Of a stretch of 64,000 nt of DNA, positions 49,460 to 62,202 are shown piece by piece. Position numbers and translations under genes: made by a program. The DNA is from Neodothiora populina (taxonomy: Eukaryota): contig NW_027191408.1 in NCBI RefSeq assembly GCF_041146345.1, positions 186,001-250,000 on the forward strand. The letters run 5' to 3'. The notes under the pieces are model-generated. The model was not told the origin of the DNA. It ran no database searches and was given only the letters and a program-made list of their open reading frames with translations. Every line of letters starts with the position of its first letter. The first letter of the stretch is position 1.

Positions 49460-50140
49460 ATGGTAACTTTCATCAGCATGGCAGGCGTAGCATTAGGCAA
49501 CATTAGCAGTACTTTGCGTGACAAAACAGACTAGAGTGCAGGGAGGTTCAACGTCCGGAAGAGATGCCGGAAGGATGATCTGGGATAATCAGTCGCATCG
49601 TTTTCTAGGTTTTATAATGATCGTCCGACTCATGCAGTGCTGTGATGGCACCAGTACGAACGCTGCGTGATGACTGTTGTTTGTCATTGATAGCATGGTT
49701 GAAGTTCGGACTAGGGCGTGAGGTTGTTACAGCCGCTTCGGGAGTGTCTGGACGCTTGGCGACGATTGTGATTGTGTGGGGGAAGTTGCAGCAGCTTCCA
49801 ATTGTAAACACACGATTTGTCCACCAAAACACAATCAACGATCAAACAGACAGACACCACAACAACAACGCCTGCCTATATCTCTTTTTCAAGCTACCAC
49901 TTTGACAATCTCTCGCCTTTCCCAAGGATATTGCTGTCTGTATAGGCCAAGTCAGCTCTACCGTATTCGGTACGTAGGCCTGCCCCAGTGTTTGTCACAT
50001 GAACCACCCTAATCGTCGCCCCGCTAACTCGTGGAATGACAGTAACGAAGCAGACAGCCACCAGATAAAACGTTCGCGCAGTAGCAAAGGACGAGCAAGA
50101 CACAGATAAGACTCGTGTCATCAGCTGCTCACATCTCAAG

Positions 50141-51270
50141 ATGACTTCGTTCATCCAAACAATGTTAGTCAATCCCTCTCCTCCGCGCCCTCACTTCCCC
50201 CCTGCGGCGAGGCCACTGCCGGCCCTGCAATGCAATGTGCTGGCAGAGTCCGGATCCAACTCTCAAATTCAATGGCCGGACAGCCCGCAGAGTGTGCTTC
50301 AGTCGCCGCTGCAGAAGCATTTCCGCGATGTCCTGGAGGGGTCCCCCTTGCAGTCGTCGCCGCTGTCGCTCTGCCATGCATCGTCTCCGATGAGCATGGC
50401 TCAATCAACCAACTCGCCCTTTACGCGGACCAAAGACCAACGCACCGCCGCTTGTGATGATCGCGGCGGCGGCAGCGGCGGCGGGCTTGGTCACGGCATC
50501 GCCAAGATTGGGCCTCAGGCTGACCTTATGCCTCGTTTTAGCAACGCCAATGCCCGGACCAGAGGCTCGTTCAAACCACAGAGAGCCCAGAAAGGCACCA
50601 ACAGCTGGCAGCTTAAGCAGTTCGCCGAGGCCACACTCGGCAGCGGAAGTCTGAGAAAGGTTGTCAAGCTTCCGGAAGGAGAAGACAAGGACGAGTGGCT
50701 GGCCGTCAATGGTACTGTCGAGATACCCCTTTTCAGGGTGAACGTGGACTCTTGGGCTGATATATTGTGACAAAAACAGTGGTCGACTTCTACAACCAGA
50801 TCAACCTGATCTACGGTGCCATCACCGAGTTCTGCAGTCCGCAGTCATGTCCGGAGATGAAGGCCACGGATGAATTTGAATATCTATGGCACCACCCACC
50901 AGAGTTCCCCAAGCCTACTCGCCTGCCTGCACCCAGCTACATCTCGCACCTGCTCAACTGGACCTCGATGCATCTGTCTAATCCCGACATCTTCCCAACC
51001 CATCCAGGCGTCCCTTTCCCGCCCTCATTTCAATCGACCATCAAGCAGATTTTTAAGAGACTGTACAGAATCTACGCTCACATTTATTGCCACCACTACG
51101 GCGTCATTCGTGGCCTTGGACTCGAGGCTCATCTGAACACTGGTTTCAAGCATTACGTGCTGTTCGTTGAGGAGTTCGGCCTGGCAGACGAGGGTGGAAG
51201 GAAGGATGCCAAAGCCGAATGGTACGGTCCACTTGGTGAGCTTGTTGAAAGCATGCTACGCAGCGACTGA
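50141..51270 (+). CDS. MOB1: MOB1 kinase activator (mitotic exit/septation network)
   Basis: [44 protein letters not shown]...CPEMKA...[10 protein letters not shown]...HLNTGFKHY. Introns 50164-50541 and 50712-50779. Confidence 0.95.
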
Positions 51271-52838
51271 GTCAAAGACAACCCAATTCGTTGGAAACGT
51301 ACCTCCTCTTCTTCACTTAAACGGTTGGGTCATTGGGCTGGGCGTATCGGCGGCAGGGACCACCAGACTTGTAGGGCGGCTCGCATAAAGGCTATGGGGA
51401 CAGGGCTACTTGGCTGATCAGGAAGGTAATCATGCTGCAGGGCGGTGGGTGAGGCGTTAGGTGTTTCTTGATCCAGATATGCGCTCGGCTTCTGCTCCGC
51501 GCTCTCTTTCTCCTGCTCTTTCTCTTTCTCTTTCAATTTCTCTTATTATCATTGTACGAGTATGACTAGATGAATATGCAACATCTCTGGTGACATCTCC
51601 ATGCTCGAGCCAAGCGAAACAAGACCGGTGAGAACTCCGCACGCCGATGTGGTCAGGGCATCATGCTCCCGTGACAAGCACAGTGAAGCTCGATCGCAAG
51701 CATCACCTCCAAGATTGCCAAGTGACTTTGATATGTGACGCCAATTAATTTCTGGTAATTACTCTTGTATCAGCTACCTCACCCATATTGCGCGACGTCT
51801 CGAGGCGGAGGATGAGTCGATCGTCTCCACGTTTTAGAAAGTGCGGGATGGCTGCGGGGAATAGCTGTGCCGAAAAGGTAAAGATTGACATTTGGGTGTG
51901 GGTGACCGCATGTCACTGTTTCATGCAATTCTGATGATTTTCGAAGCAGCAGCAATCATGATTGGAGAAATTGGTCTGATTGAGAGAATCCCTCTCGCAC
52001 AAGGCTCGACCGAGTCTTTGTGCTTGCATGCTTCTGGACACAAGCCTTGCGTCGTTGACTCAATCCAGGCCTCATAGCTGCGCATATCGCTCGATTATTA
52101 CTCGAGGTTATCGCAGCATGCTGAAGCGAAGACTTGGAGCATTTTAATCAAGACAAGTATATCAATCAAGGGTAGGATCGAACCGTTCAACAGAGCTCCT
52201 TCGTCTGTTCTTACCGGTCTGTCATCCCGAGTGCCACATCTACTGTGTTCTTCGGGGACCCCCAGCACGCTCTAAGCCACTCACTTCACCCCGGGGCGAT
52301 GATCATGCGATCTTAGACAACCATCTCTGTGGGTACACGTTAGCTACAACATCAAGGCGACCCTCCCATATGCGGTAAAACCGACAGCCGCCAAGACTGA
52401 TGGTATTCGCTCGTTACCTACCATGGACTATCGCTTCGTAAGTGGCGGCGCTCCTTCATAAGCTCAACCCATCATCCTATCTGCGAGGTGGGACCTATTG
52501 TTGTCTGCAGCTCGATGGGATGAGGGGAGACATTGATTCCGATGTTTTATGAGGTGGGGTCGTTTCCCTGTTCCGTTCTTCTGAAATTTACTGATTGTCT
52601 CTTGTCTTCTTTGATCTTATAATTAGTGGGCCTTCTGTGCATGTTCGACACACTTTTCTTGAGATTCTTGTGGCATGTTCCCCGAAATTATATTGTAGTA
52701 CTTCGAAGCTGTACCACTATTAGAATATCTGTGTCTATCAACCATCATCTGGAACAGGTTGTGGCAACAGCATCATTATACACATACCTCAATTTAACAC
52801 AATAGCCACCCCATATATATCAATCTTTGACGCCAAAG

Positions 52839-55254
52839 ATGTCCGCCGAGTACAAAACCTCGCCAAAGGAGCATTCAGAGAAAGTCTCAGATGACGCAGG
52901 CTCAAGGCACGATGACCGCAACAACTCTTACGAAACAGCAGAGCCTATTCGCGCTGATTCGACTGCAGACTACGAGCGCAAGAAAGCCAATGCTCTGCTT
53001 GCGAACCCCTTGCGTGGCTACTCACATCTCGAATTAGGTCGCATGGGCAAGGCTTACGCGCTCGAGCATGCCATCGTAGACCCGGAAGATTTTCGAGCAT
53101 TCGAGATCGGAGCCAAACTGGCGCAGGACCCTAAAAATTATGAGAATGTGGCTGGTCTGACTCCTGAGGTGAAGGAAATATTGAGAAAGGAGATCTCGAA
53201 CAAGTGGAGTCAGCCTAAGTTGCTGTATCTGGTTATTATATTGTGCTCACTCTGTGCTGCTGTACAGGGAATGGGTAAGATACGTTCTCGTTGTCGTTGC
53301 CCCTATATTGTTGGTTCAATCTTCATTTCTCTGCGATATACGCTCTTCCATGTTGTCAACTTCGTCTATCACTTCATCAAATGTCAATTTACTGACGTCC
53401 TTCCGCTCATCAGATGAGACTGTGGTCAACGGTGCGCAACTCTTCTATGTGCCTCAGTTCGGTATCAGCGAGAATGCCTGGCTAGTAGGCCTTGTCAACA
53501 GTGGACCGTATCTTGCTTGCGCTGTCGTTGGCTGCTGGCTCACTATCCCCTTCAATAACTGGTTCGGTCGCCGCGGTACTATCTTCCTCAGTTGCCTGTA
53601 TTCTGCTCTGGCGTGCTTCTGGCAGGGGTTTGTTAATACATGGTGGGGTATGCTCATTGCACGACTTGCCCTCGGTTTAGGTATCGGACCTAAGAGGTAA
53701 GTGTTTTTGCTACTCTGAATGAAATCCAAGAAGCCGTCTCTCGTTCTACGTTCCGTAAATCGCTGTCTGACTGGTCTTGCAGTGCTACTGTTCCAATTTA
53801 CGCAGCCGAGTGCTCGCCGCCTGAGATTAGAGGCGCTCTAGTCATGCAATGGCAGATGTGGACTGCGGTATGTGTTCTGGCCTATCCAATATCCTGATCG
53901 TAGTTTTTCTATCATACTAAGACCATTTCTAGTTCGGCATTATGGTCGGTTATGCATCCGATCTGGCGTTCTACAACGTCCCCGATAAGCACAATATCGT
54001 CGGACTGAACTGGCGCATCATGATGGCATCAGCCATGTTCCCTGCTGTCATTGTCATCTTTTTCGTATTTTACGTTCCTGAATCTCCTAGGTAAGTGTTT
54101 GTCTCAACACCTACAGAACAGGCTTCTGACAGATTGAAGATGGTACATGCAGCAAGGACGCCATCATGCAGCTTTCAAAAGCATGTGTCGACTGCGCTAC
54201 GCAAAGGTCCAGGCAGCCAGAGACCAGTTCTATATGTTCAAGGGTCTAGAGGCCGAGTCTCAGATTCGATTGTCTCAGTCTAAAGTTAAGGAGCTTATCA
54301 CAGTGCCTCGTAATCGTCGGGCTGTGATAGCTTCTGAGATGGTTATGTTCCTGCAACGTAAGTCTATTGAAGTCCACTGCTTCTACTGTGCAAGATGTGA
54401 TCGAACGTGGATAAGAGAGACAATACTGATACCATTTGTCACAGAATTCTGCGGCGTCAATGTAATCGCATACTACTCGTCCGCCGTCTTCGTAGACTCA
54501 GGCTTCGACGAGCTCAACGCTCTGGCCGCCTCCCTAGGCTTCGGAATCATCAACTTCGTCTTCGCCCTTCCAGCAGTTTACACTATCGACTCTTTCGGCC
54601 GACGCAACCTCCTCCTCTTCACCTTCCCTCTGATGGCCATCTTCCTGCTGTTCACCGGTTTCAGTTTCTGGATCCCAGCAGACTCGACCGCACGCGTTGC
54701 TTGCGTGACATTAGGCATCTATCTCTTCGGCGTCGTGTACTCGCCCGGCGAAGGCCCCGTGCCGTTCACGTACTCGGCAGAGGCATATCCGCTGTACCTG
54801 CGTACATACGGCATGAGTCTAGCAACAGCCACACTATGGGTACTTGTTCTCCCCACTTTCTCTCGTGTTCGCTTCATCTCATTCCAAAAAGACTAACCCC
54901 CTCCTCCCACAGTTCTTCAACTTCATCCTCTCCCTGACCTGGCCCGCCCTCCTCGAAGCCTTCAAACCCCAAGGCGCCTTCGGGTGGTACGCAGCGTGGA
55001 ACATCATCGGCTGGTTCGGCGTGCTGATCCTGCTTCCCGAAACCAAGTCCCGCAGTCTCGAGGAACTCGACGCCGTCTTCTCGGTTTCTACCCGTCGGCA
55101 GATCAAGCATGGACTGCAGGAGGTGCCGTATTTCATTGGCAAGTACGTGCTCAGGAGGAAGGGCGGGACTGGGCTCAGGCCGCTTATTGATTTCGAGGCC
55201 GCGAGGAGGAATGCTGGGGAGGATGAGGTTCTGGGCGAGAAGGATGGTGTGTGA
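52839..55254 (+). CDS. MFS sugar porter (myo-inositol/polyol transporter-like), 7 exons
   Basis: [62 protein letters not shown] and [12 protein letters not shown] motifs across six introns. Confidence 0.93.
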
Positions 55255-55880
55255 GGTTTCTTTATGTCGATTTGCTCTTGGGGGCCGCGGGTTGAGGTCG
55301 ATGTCTCGTCTCACGGACGGGACAGATGCGCAGCGAAGAAGATGGTAGTATGGAAAGACGGCAAGGGCGGGCAGGGCGACAGGAGTAACGGGTTGATGAT
55401 GAAACATGTTGTTCGTTGACATATATCGAGTTTCGTGTCGAAACTCGAGTTCACTGGTGGTGGAGTTGGGGTTTTTCCCTTTTTGGCTTTGTTACGTTCT
55501 TGTTCCTGCCACTCGTTCATGGATACACTTGGATCGGTTCTCAACCCTTTTTTCAATATCTGCGTCGCTCACTCACACTGCAAATGGGACGCACAAGGAA
55601 CACAATATGATCGCAAGCCTTCCTGATCGTATACCTCGCGTCTGAGATGGATATTTCTCTGATGTCTTTGACAAACTTTTGATTCTGTAATCGTCTCTAT
55701 CGAAATGGAAAGAGAAACAAAACCCCTGCTCGTTACTTCTGTGATTCCGCTATCCTCTTGATCTGCCATGCACGTATGGATATATTCTTACATTACCCCT
55801 TCCCCATTCCCTTTTGCCTTTTCCCCTGCCCTTTCACATAAAAGCATGTCAAGGCAATCAGTCGATAGGAAGACATGATT

Positions 55881-58800
55881 CTATGAATCCCTGCGACCAC
55901 GACCAGGACTCCTGAAGATGACCCGTCTCGTGCCACCGATTTTGCCCATGTCGCCCCATCCGCCACCATTACCGATGTTGGCGTTGTTACCGCCAACGCC
56001 CCCTGAGGAATTGACATTAGAGCCGCCGGTGCCACCTTCGTATGAATTGTTCAAGAGTCGTTGATGCGATCGTTTCTTCTCCACGCTGGCCGCTTTGGCC
56101 CGGTCAATCATGTCTTCCACCCAACGCGCCTTGTGCTCGTCGAGTTCGCCGCGCGGTCGGTTCTTGCGACTCGTTGCGGGGCCAGCGAGACCGAGGTCGG
56201 AAGATGAGCCCGCTGTCCAGGACGAAGACGGAGGGGCGGTGGTCGTGTCTCGTCGGTTTCCTCCTGCTGCTGAGGGCGAAGAGGAGACGGTGGTTGTGCC
56301 GTCATCGGCGGTGGAAGGGCGGGAGTTTGGCTTTGATGATCCTGTGTGAGAGGTGGAAATAGTGAGGGAGAGAGGCGTTCCTACTGCGCCACTTGCGCCT
56401 CCACCTCCGTTGCTGCTGCTGCCTGTCGTCGTTGCTGTGGACGGTCGAGTGGGCGTGTTATCCATTGCGAACACCATTGCGGGAGAACCGGGTCGGCTGC
56501 CGAATGCGGAATGCTGCTGATACATGGCGAGGGATGAGCGACGTCGAGTGCTCAGTCGACTTGTGGGTCGTTGGTCGAGCACACTCCCGGGTCTCGACAT
56601 GGGTGTTTTGATTTTCGAGCCGGAAGCACCTACGCTGCCTTTGTTGTTCTTCTCGCTGCTGCCGGGCATCGACGCGAGCTCGAGACGGCCATCGCTGACT
56701 GTGCGGTGTCCGTGGTGTTCGGCGTAATTGCGAAGATACTCGCCCAAGTCGGCCCATCCTCCGCCTACACGTACCATGACCCTCTCGCCTTCACCCACGA
56801 GTCTCACGTACAGCTTGATGGGCTGCCTCTCCCCCTCTTGAGAAAGGTGATAGAGTTTGACCTCGGAGTCCCCTGACGAGAAGCTCGCCTTGGGCCTATG
56901 TGTTTTGGTCAAATCAGGTTTCGCAGGAGACAGTGTGAGCGAAGGGCGAGATGTCTTCGCTAGCAAAGGAGGTCTGGACGACCTTCGACCACCACTTGCC
57001 TTTCTTGGTTCCGGTGTTGCACGGCCATCGATCTCGCCGAGAGGTGTGAAGCGAATCCGATTTGGGAGGGTACTGAGAACACGGCTGACATGACGATCAA
57101 ACTGTTCAGTATTCGACGGCGACTTCTTGTGGTGCGGTCTCTTCACTGGCGATACCTGGGGCGTCGGACTACTTGTCCGGCTTGTAGGGCTGGTTCCAAC
57201 TGCAGGATCGGCCACATTCCGACGCTTGTGCATGGTAAGGTTGAGGGGAGGGTTGCTAGACTTTCTGGATTGATCGTAGTAGGGGGCTCTGGTCTGACGA
57301 GGGCGTGACTTTTCTGGCGAAGGGTTCAACAGTGACCCTTTGGGGCTAGTTCGAGTGCGGCTGCGGAATGAACCCGGAGACGATACTGATCGTGTGTGAC
57401 TTATCGGCGAGTCGTTCGAGGAAAAGCTCCGCTGGCTGGATGAACCTGGTATCTCTACTGTCTTGAGCTGATCCGAGTCAACTACGGTAGATGTAGAAGA
57501 TAAAGAGAATGGTTCACGTACGTCTGAGTTCGAGGAGTTGTTGGTGGATGCCTCGGATGGGCTTTTACGCACAGGCTCTGCGGGAAGCTCTGCGAGGAAC
57601 ATGTTCTTCGAAGGATGTTGACTGCCATCCTCGCCATTTTTCTTCGTACTGGAGCCCGCAGGTCCACGAGTGAATGGTGGAGGGGTTGTGACCTCCTTGG
57701 GCTGGAAGTAGCTCGCAGCCGAAGCATTCTGCACCTCTGGAGTAGAGACATTCGATCTGATCGACCCTGGCGTCGTAATTTCAGATGCTGAGCCGTCCAG
57801 TGTGAAGTTGTCCCGCTTAGAGAACGGTCCCAGACGATGGTGAAATTTCATGGTAGGAGGCGGAAGCACCCTTGCTGAACTGCTCCGTTGATGCTCTGCC
57901 TTGGCATTTTCAGAGACGCCCGGGGATGTTGCAGGTCGCTGGTGGTAATCGGATGTCCACTCCAGGGGGTTCTTGTCGACAACACCAAGGTTCGGGCTTG
58001 AGGGAAGGCTATCAACAAACATCTTTTCGAAGAAGCCAGCATCGAGGGGCTTCTCGGGGCTAGCAGTCTCGTCAACATTGAGGCGATGTTGCGGACGGAA
58101 AGGCCAGTTCGGATGTACATCAGACAGAGCAGGAGAATCCCACGATGACTCTATAGTCGTTCTACTGTCCCCAGTGGAAGGCTCGAAGCCAAATTGGGTT
58201 TCAGGTGTAACGAACGACTGTGCAGGCAACTCCGCAACGGAAGTCGAGGCACGAGGTCGAGGATTCTGCACCGCCGGAGAGGCAGTCTCGGAAGCCGGAC
58301 TGGCTCCAAGCTCCGAGGCTCGGGGTGCATCCGCAGCCGACCGCAGCGAAGAGAATGAAGTGTTAGAGCGGTCAATGAGCCGTCCAGGTTCCTTCCTGCC
58401 GCCAAAGCCAAGGCCTTTACGAAGACCACTGCTCTTGCTGCTGGAGGAAGAGCTTGATCTGGAATGTTGTGCAGCATTTGCTTTCGCGAAAAGCTTGGTG
58501 AAGGCCTGAGAGGCATGCTCGAAAGGTCTGACAGGGCTATTGACAGACTTCTGTAGCGTTTGTGTCTGCTCGATTCCACCATTCAAAAAGGCAGCGCGAG
58601 CGCGGACATTGTTACTGCTCGCCCGCTGAGGCATGTCACTAGGAAAGGTGGCAGAAGAAGATGGTACAATCGAAGACGCAGAACGCTCTCTCGTGATTTG
58701 AGACAACGGCTGCGGCTGCATCACAGCCTCTTTCTCGTTGTAACCAATTGCGATGGGGATATGTCTTGGCCGACGCGGTGAAGGATTCTCAGTCACCCGA

Positions 58801-60329
58801 ACAGAGGAGCTCCTGGAAAGGTCCACTTCAGGGAGTGGAGGAACTGACCTCCTCGCAAGATATCTGGAATGATCTGATCCAGGCCTGGCGGGCTCTTCTC
58901 GATCAGATTCAGTGGAACTCTCGGCATTCGCATCCGCGAATGATGCCATGGTGCTACTGCCTAACACAGGGCTTTCAGCTTGCTCTGCAGGGGAGACAGG
59001 CTGATCATTAGACAGGACAGCGTCACTGCTCTGGGCGGGAAGGAGGGTTGATTGGGTGTCTCCTGTTGCAAATCCGTCTTCACGCAGATTCAAATCCACA
59101 CCGAGTCCGACGGCGGCTGTGCCATTTGTGTCATGCATTCGGATCTGCAGCGCCGAGTCTTCGTCATGTGTCCGTGCAGAGACAGTGCTGGCCTCGTCTT
59201 TTTGGCTGGTCGTTTCGACATTCTTGGTGTTCAGGCCCAGTTCGCGTGTCATGAGCTCCTGCTCGGTCTGCTGGACCCAATCGCCGTAAGACGTCTCGAG
59301 TGCTTCGAAAGCGTCAATCCAATGTTCCGGCAGGGTGTCTTCACGTCCCTCCAATTCATCCAAGACACTATCGAGCCTGCGACCTAGCTTGACAACTCGC
59401 TTGCCAAGATTGCTGTGTAGCTTCTCGTAGTTGTCGCGGATTTGGAGTGAGTCTGGCGCATCTCCTTCGATGTCTTTGAGCATTGCTGACCAGCTGGCTT
59501 CGATTGCCGACCTGACCTCTCGAAGCTCTTGCAGAAATCCAGGCACCTTACGCAACACAGTCAATCGGACGGACCAGCCGTTCAGTAATTTGTGCAGGCG
59601 TGAGAGGGAGGGCAGGGCCTGGAGGATTGTCGCTGTTATCAACGCCGTAAAATCATCCAGACGGTGGATGCCCTGTGCATCCGAGTGGTCCTGATGATTG
59701 GCCAGCGCATAGTTGGGCTGCGGCGACTTTGGTATTGTGTGGACATTCAGAACGTGATTCTTCAGCTCCTCTACGTCCAGCTCTTCCAGCGCATCCCTGA
59801 TATCTTCCACACGCTCTTCGCACATGACAATCATCGCATACGGGAGACTGCCCCAGAAGTCCATGCTCTCCGAGTCATCATTCTGCTTTGATATCTGCGC
59901 GAGCTGCTTTGAAGCTTGATGGAGATCATCCAGCATGCGCTTCGCCCTGCTCTGCCATTCGGCTTTCGGGGGAGCTTCGAAAGTGCCGGGCCATTGCCAG
60001 CTCTGCACTTCGTTTTCCCATGATCGGATGTCTCTGCAAGTCTGAGCAATGCGAGCGCCGAACGCTCGTTCCGAGGGCGAGGCAGATTCGATGCTGCGGA
60101 TCAGTTCATCCGAGCTGTTCCCAGCACTTGAGCTAGAAGCCGCAGTAAAAGCACGGAGGGTAGTTGTGGGCGAGAGGTCTCGCAGGAAAGGATCGTATGC
60201 TTTTGAGAAATTCCGGCTGTGTCGGGGTGAGCGAATGGGAGAAGGTAATTCGGAACGGTATGCTTCTGGTAAAGGAATGTGGGGAGGGTCTATGGTTGGA
60301 TGCCGCCTCATGAGTGTAGGCAATGCCAT
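55881..60329 (-). CDS. GAS2 (GAR) domain cytoskeletal protein, 1482 aa
   Basis: KLYVRLVGEGERVMVRVGGGWADLGEYL GAR signature; N-terminal helical region and long Ser/Pro-rich linkers. Confidence 0.88.
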   Translation of the reverse strand: MALPTLMRRHPTIDPPHIPLPEAYRSELPSPIRSPRHSRNFSKAYDPFLRDLSPTTTLRAFTAASSSSAGNSSDELIRSIESASPSERAFGARIAQTCRDIRSWENEVQSWQWPGTFEAPPKAEWQSRAKRMLDDLHQASKQLAQISKQNDDSESMDFWGSLPYAMIVMCEERVEDIRDALEELDVEELKNHVLNVHTIPKSPQPNYALANHQDHSDAQGIHRLDDFTALITATILQALPSLSRLHKLLNGWSVRLTVLRKVPGFLQELREVRSAIEASWSAMLKDIEGDAPDSLQIRDNYEKLHSNLGKRVVKLGRRLDSVLDELEGREDTLPEHWIDAFEALETSYGDWVQQTEQELMTRELGLNTKNVETTSQKDEASTVSARTHDEDSALQIRMHDTNGTAAVGLGVDLNLREDGFATGDTQSTLLPAQSSDAVLSNDQPVSPAEQAESPVLGSSTMASFADANAESSTESDREEPARPGSDHSRYLARRSVPPLPEVDLSRSSSVRVTENPSPRRPRHIPIAIGYNEKEAVMQPQPLSQITRERSASSIVPSSSATFPSDMPQRASSNNVRARAAFLNGGIEQTQTLQKSVNSPVRPFEHASQAFTKLFAKANAAQHSRSSSSSSSKSSGLRKGLGFGGRKEPGRLIDRSNTSFSSLRSAADAPRASELGASPASETASPAVQNPRPRASTSVAELPAQSFVTPETQFGFEPSTGDSRTTIESSWDSPALSDVHPNWPFRPQHRLNVDETASPEKPLDAGFFEKMFVDSLPSSPNLGVVDKNPLEWTSDYHQRPATSPGVSENAKAEHQRSSSARVLPPPTMKFHHRLGPFSKRDNFTLDGSASEITTPGSIRSNVSTPEVQNASAASYFQPKEVTTPPPFTRGPAGSSTKKNGEDGSQHPSKNMFLAELPAEPVRKSPSEASTNNSSNSDVREPFSLSSTSTVVDSDQLKTVEIPGSSSQRSFSSNDSPISHTRSVSSPGSFRSRTRTSPKGSLLNPSPEKSRPRQTRAPYYDQSRKSSNPPLNLTMHKRRNVADPAVGTSPTSRTSSPTPQVSPVKRPHHKKSPSNTEQFDRHVSRVLSTLPNRIRFTPLGEIDGRATPEPRKASGGRRSSRPPLLAKTSRPSLTLSPAKPDLTKTHRPKASFSSGDSEVKLYHLSQEGERQPIKLYVRLVGEGERVMVRVGGGWADLGEYLRNYAEHHGHRTVSDGRLELASMPGSSEKNNKGSVGASGSKIKTPMSRPGSVLDQRPTSRLSTRRRSSLAMYQQHSAFGSRPGSPAMVFAMDNTPTRPSTATTTGSSSNGGGGASGAVGTPLSLTISTSHTGSSKPNSRPSTADDGTTTVSSSPSAAGGNRRDTTTAPPSSSWTAGSSSDLGLAGPATSRKNRPRGELDEHKARWVEDMIDRAKAASVEKKRSHQRLLNNSYEGGTGGSNVNSSGGVGGNNANIGNGGGWGDMGKIGGTRRVIFRSPGRGRRDS

Positions 60330-61367
60330 GTTTGACCAGGACCTCCCGTGATTTTGTCAATGTGTCAATTGGCAAAGGGAACAAGTCAGAAATGACTCCC
60401 GGTCATGGCGGACCTTCACTATGTACTGTAGGGAGTGTTGTCTGGACTCAACAATGCGCCAACCGGCGACAGGGGCTTAGACCACTAGAGGTTAGGATGA
60501 TCGGCAGAGGAAGTTGTGTAGCGACATTAGATTGATCCTATTTCCAGGGATCGGGGTACGAGAGGTATCTCGGTCACTCTAGGAAAAGTGTGGAAGAGTT
60601 TTGTGATGGTCCTCGTAGACTGACAAGAGACAGAATCGAGAGAAAGCAGAAGACGAAATGGAAAAGAGAAGTATGCGTTCGTCTCTCACACGAATCCGCC
60701 GTCTCGAAGGTCAGAAAATGGTAATTAAAGCTCGTGATATGGATTGGCTACTCGTATGAAACTGGCGGCAAAGTGAGACACGCATCTGTGGGGTTTCCCG
60801 CCTTCTCTTGACGCGCATTGTGAATCTGCTGCACCTCGTCCGCTCTTCTAGCCCATCTCGCCCATTTCCCGGCCCCTGGCGCGTCCCAAGGTCTTTCTAT
60901 CTGAATGACGCCATTGGTCGCGACGCGAATGCACACGAAACAGCGTACAAGTAGATGGTGAAGAAACAGTACGCGTTGGATAAGGTAAAGCGTCAACCGA
61001 GTGTGAGCCGTTGCAGGCACGCGTCAGCCGTGAAGCCGTTAATGCTAAAGGAAGGGTCGTCCTGTACTTTATTTCTGGGATAAGGAAACGCTGGCAGTCG
61101 TGTATTCTATGATTCTATTCGTGCGCTATGTACCTAACATTAATAAGACTGCCTTACCTTGTCCTGTACCGTCGTGAAGCTAAGGGTTGCCCTAAGGAAG
61201 CTTTCGGTAATTCCGGACTTCCGCAGACCATCTATCCGCCACGCCTGCCAGCGCCGCCACGTGCCCTGAACAACCTTGGCTTGTATTACAGAAGGCATCA
61301 CGGTCTCTGTTTCTATATATCGACCTTGGCTTCCACAAATGCCTTGCCGGTCAGCAAGCACCAACGA

Positions 61368-62202
61368 TCAGTGCTTCTGCTTTTCTTGTGCCTCGCACTC
61401 TCGCTTGATCATTTTGTCGAACCTGTAAGCCATGTTAACCACATCTGTCAGCGGCGATACTGCGGTGTGATTTTTATACATACCTGTCGAATGATCCCAC
61501 ACCTTCGATAAAGGTGGAATATAGCCATTGCCACCAGATCTTACTTCTCATGTTCACGCTGTGCTTCCTCAGGCGCCCTGTGGCCATATGGTATGCTTCG
61601 GAGCTGTGTATGACCAACCTTTGAGGGAGCATCAGATTTGCTTCGTCTCATTCATCTCGTCACTTTCAACTCACATTCCGTACATTACTAGTGGTTGCAC
61701 AGCCCAACAGAACCGAGCAAATCCAGCATGTATATATGTCGCCACGTAGCCATCAGGTGAGAAATTGCTCCGCATGCTGAATGCAGCGAATGTGATGGTC
61801 ACAATGGCGAAAAGTATTGCATATCTTCCATGTGGTGGGATATACTTTTTGACTGTAATATTGCTTCTGTTTAATGCAACGAGGCAGTCCTTGTCCATCT
61901 GAACGACACGCTCTCGGGCCTCTCGATACGAGGTCAGTGGAGGCTCGAATGGGGTCTTGAACGTCTCATTCGCGCAAGTGAAGGTCAGTTCCGTGAGCGA
62001 GATATCTGAGATCTTGCCGGTATATGCTTTGTAACCGGGCATTCTGTGATAGCACTCGAGGTAGCGAACCACCTTGAGTTAGATAAGTATGCATTCTTTC
62101 TCTCTCGGGAGCCACTAGACATACAGAGTCATGGTGGTCATTGTTCATGTGGGTAATGATCCGCTCCTTTGCCGCGGCATCTTTGGCAGCCTGGCCACTC
62201 AT
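61368..62202 (-). CDS. DUF2470-domain membrane protein (4 exons)
   Basis: KERIITHMNNDHHDS|VVRYLE...FEPPLTSYREARERVVQM followed by TM segments; three introns; ends EKQKH*. Confidence 0.82.
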
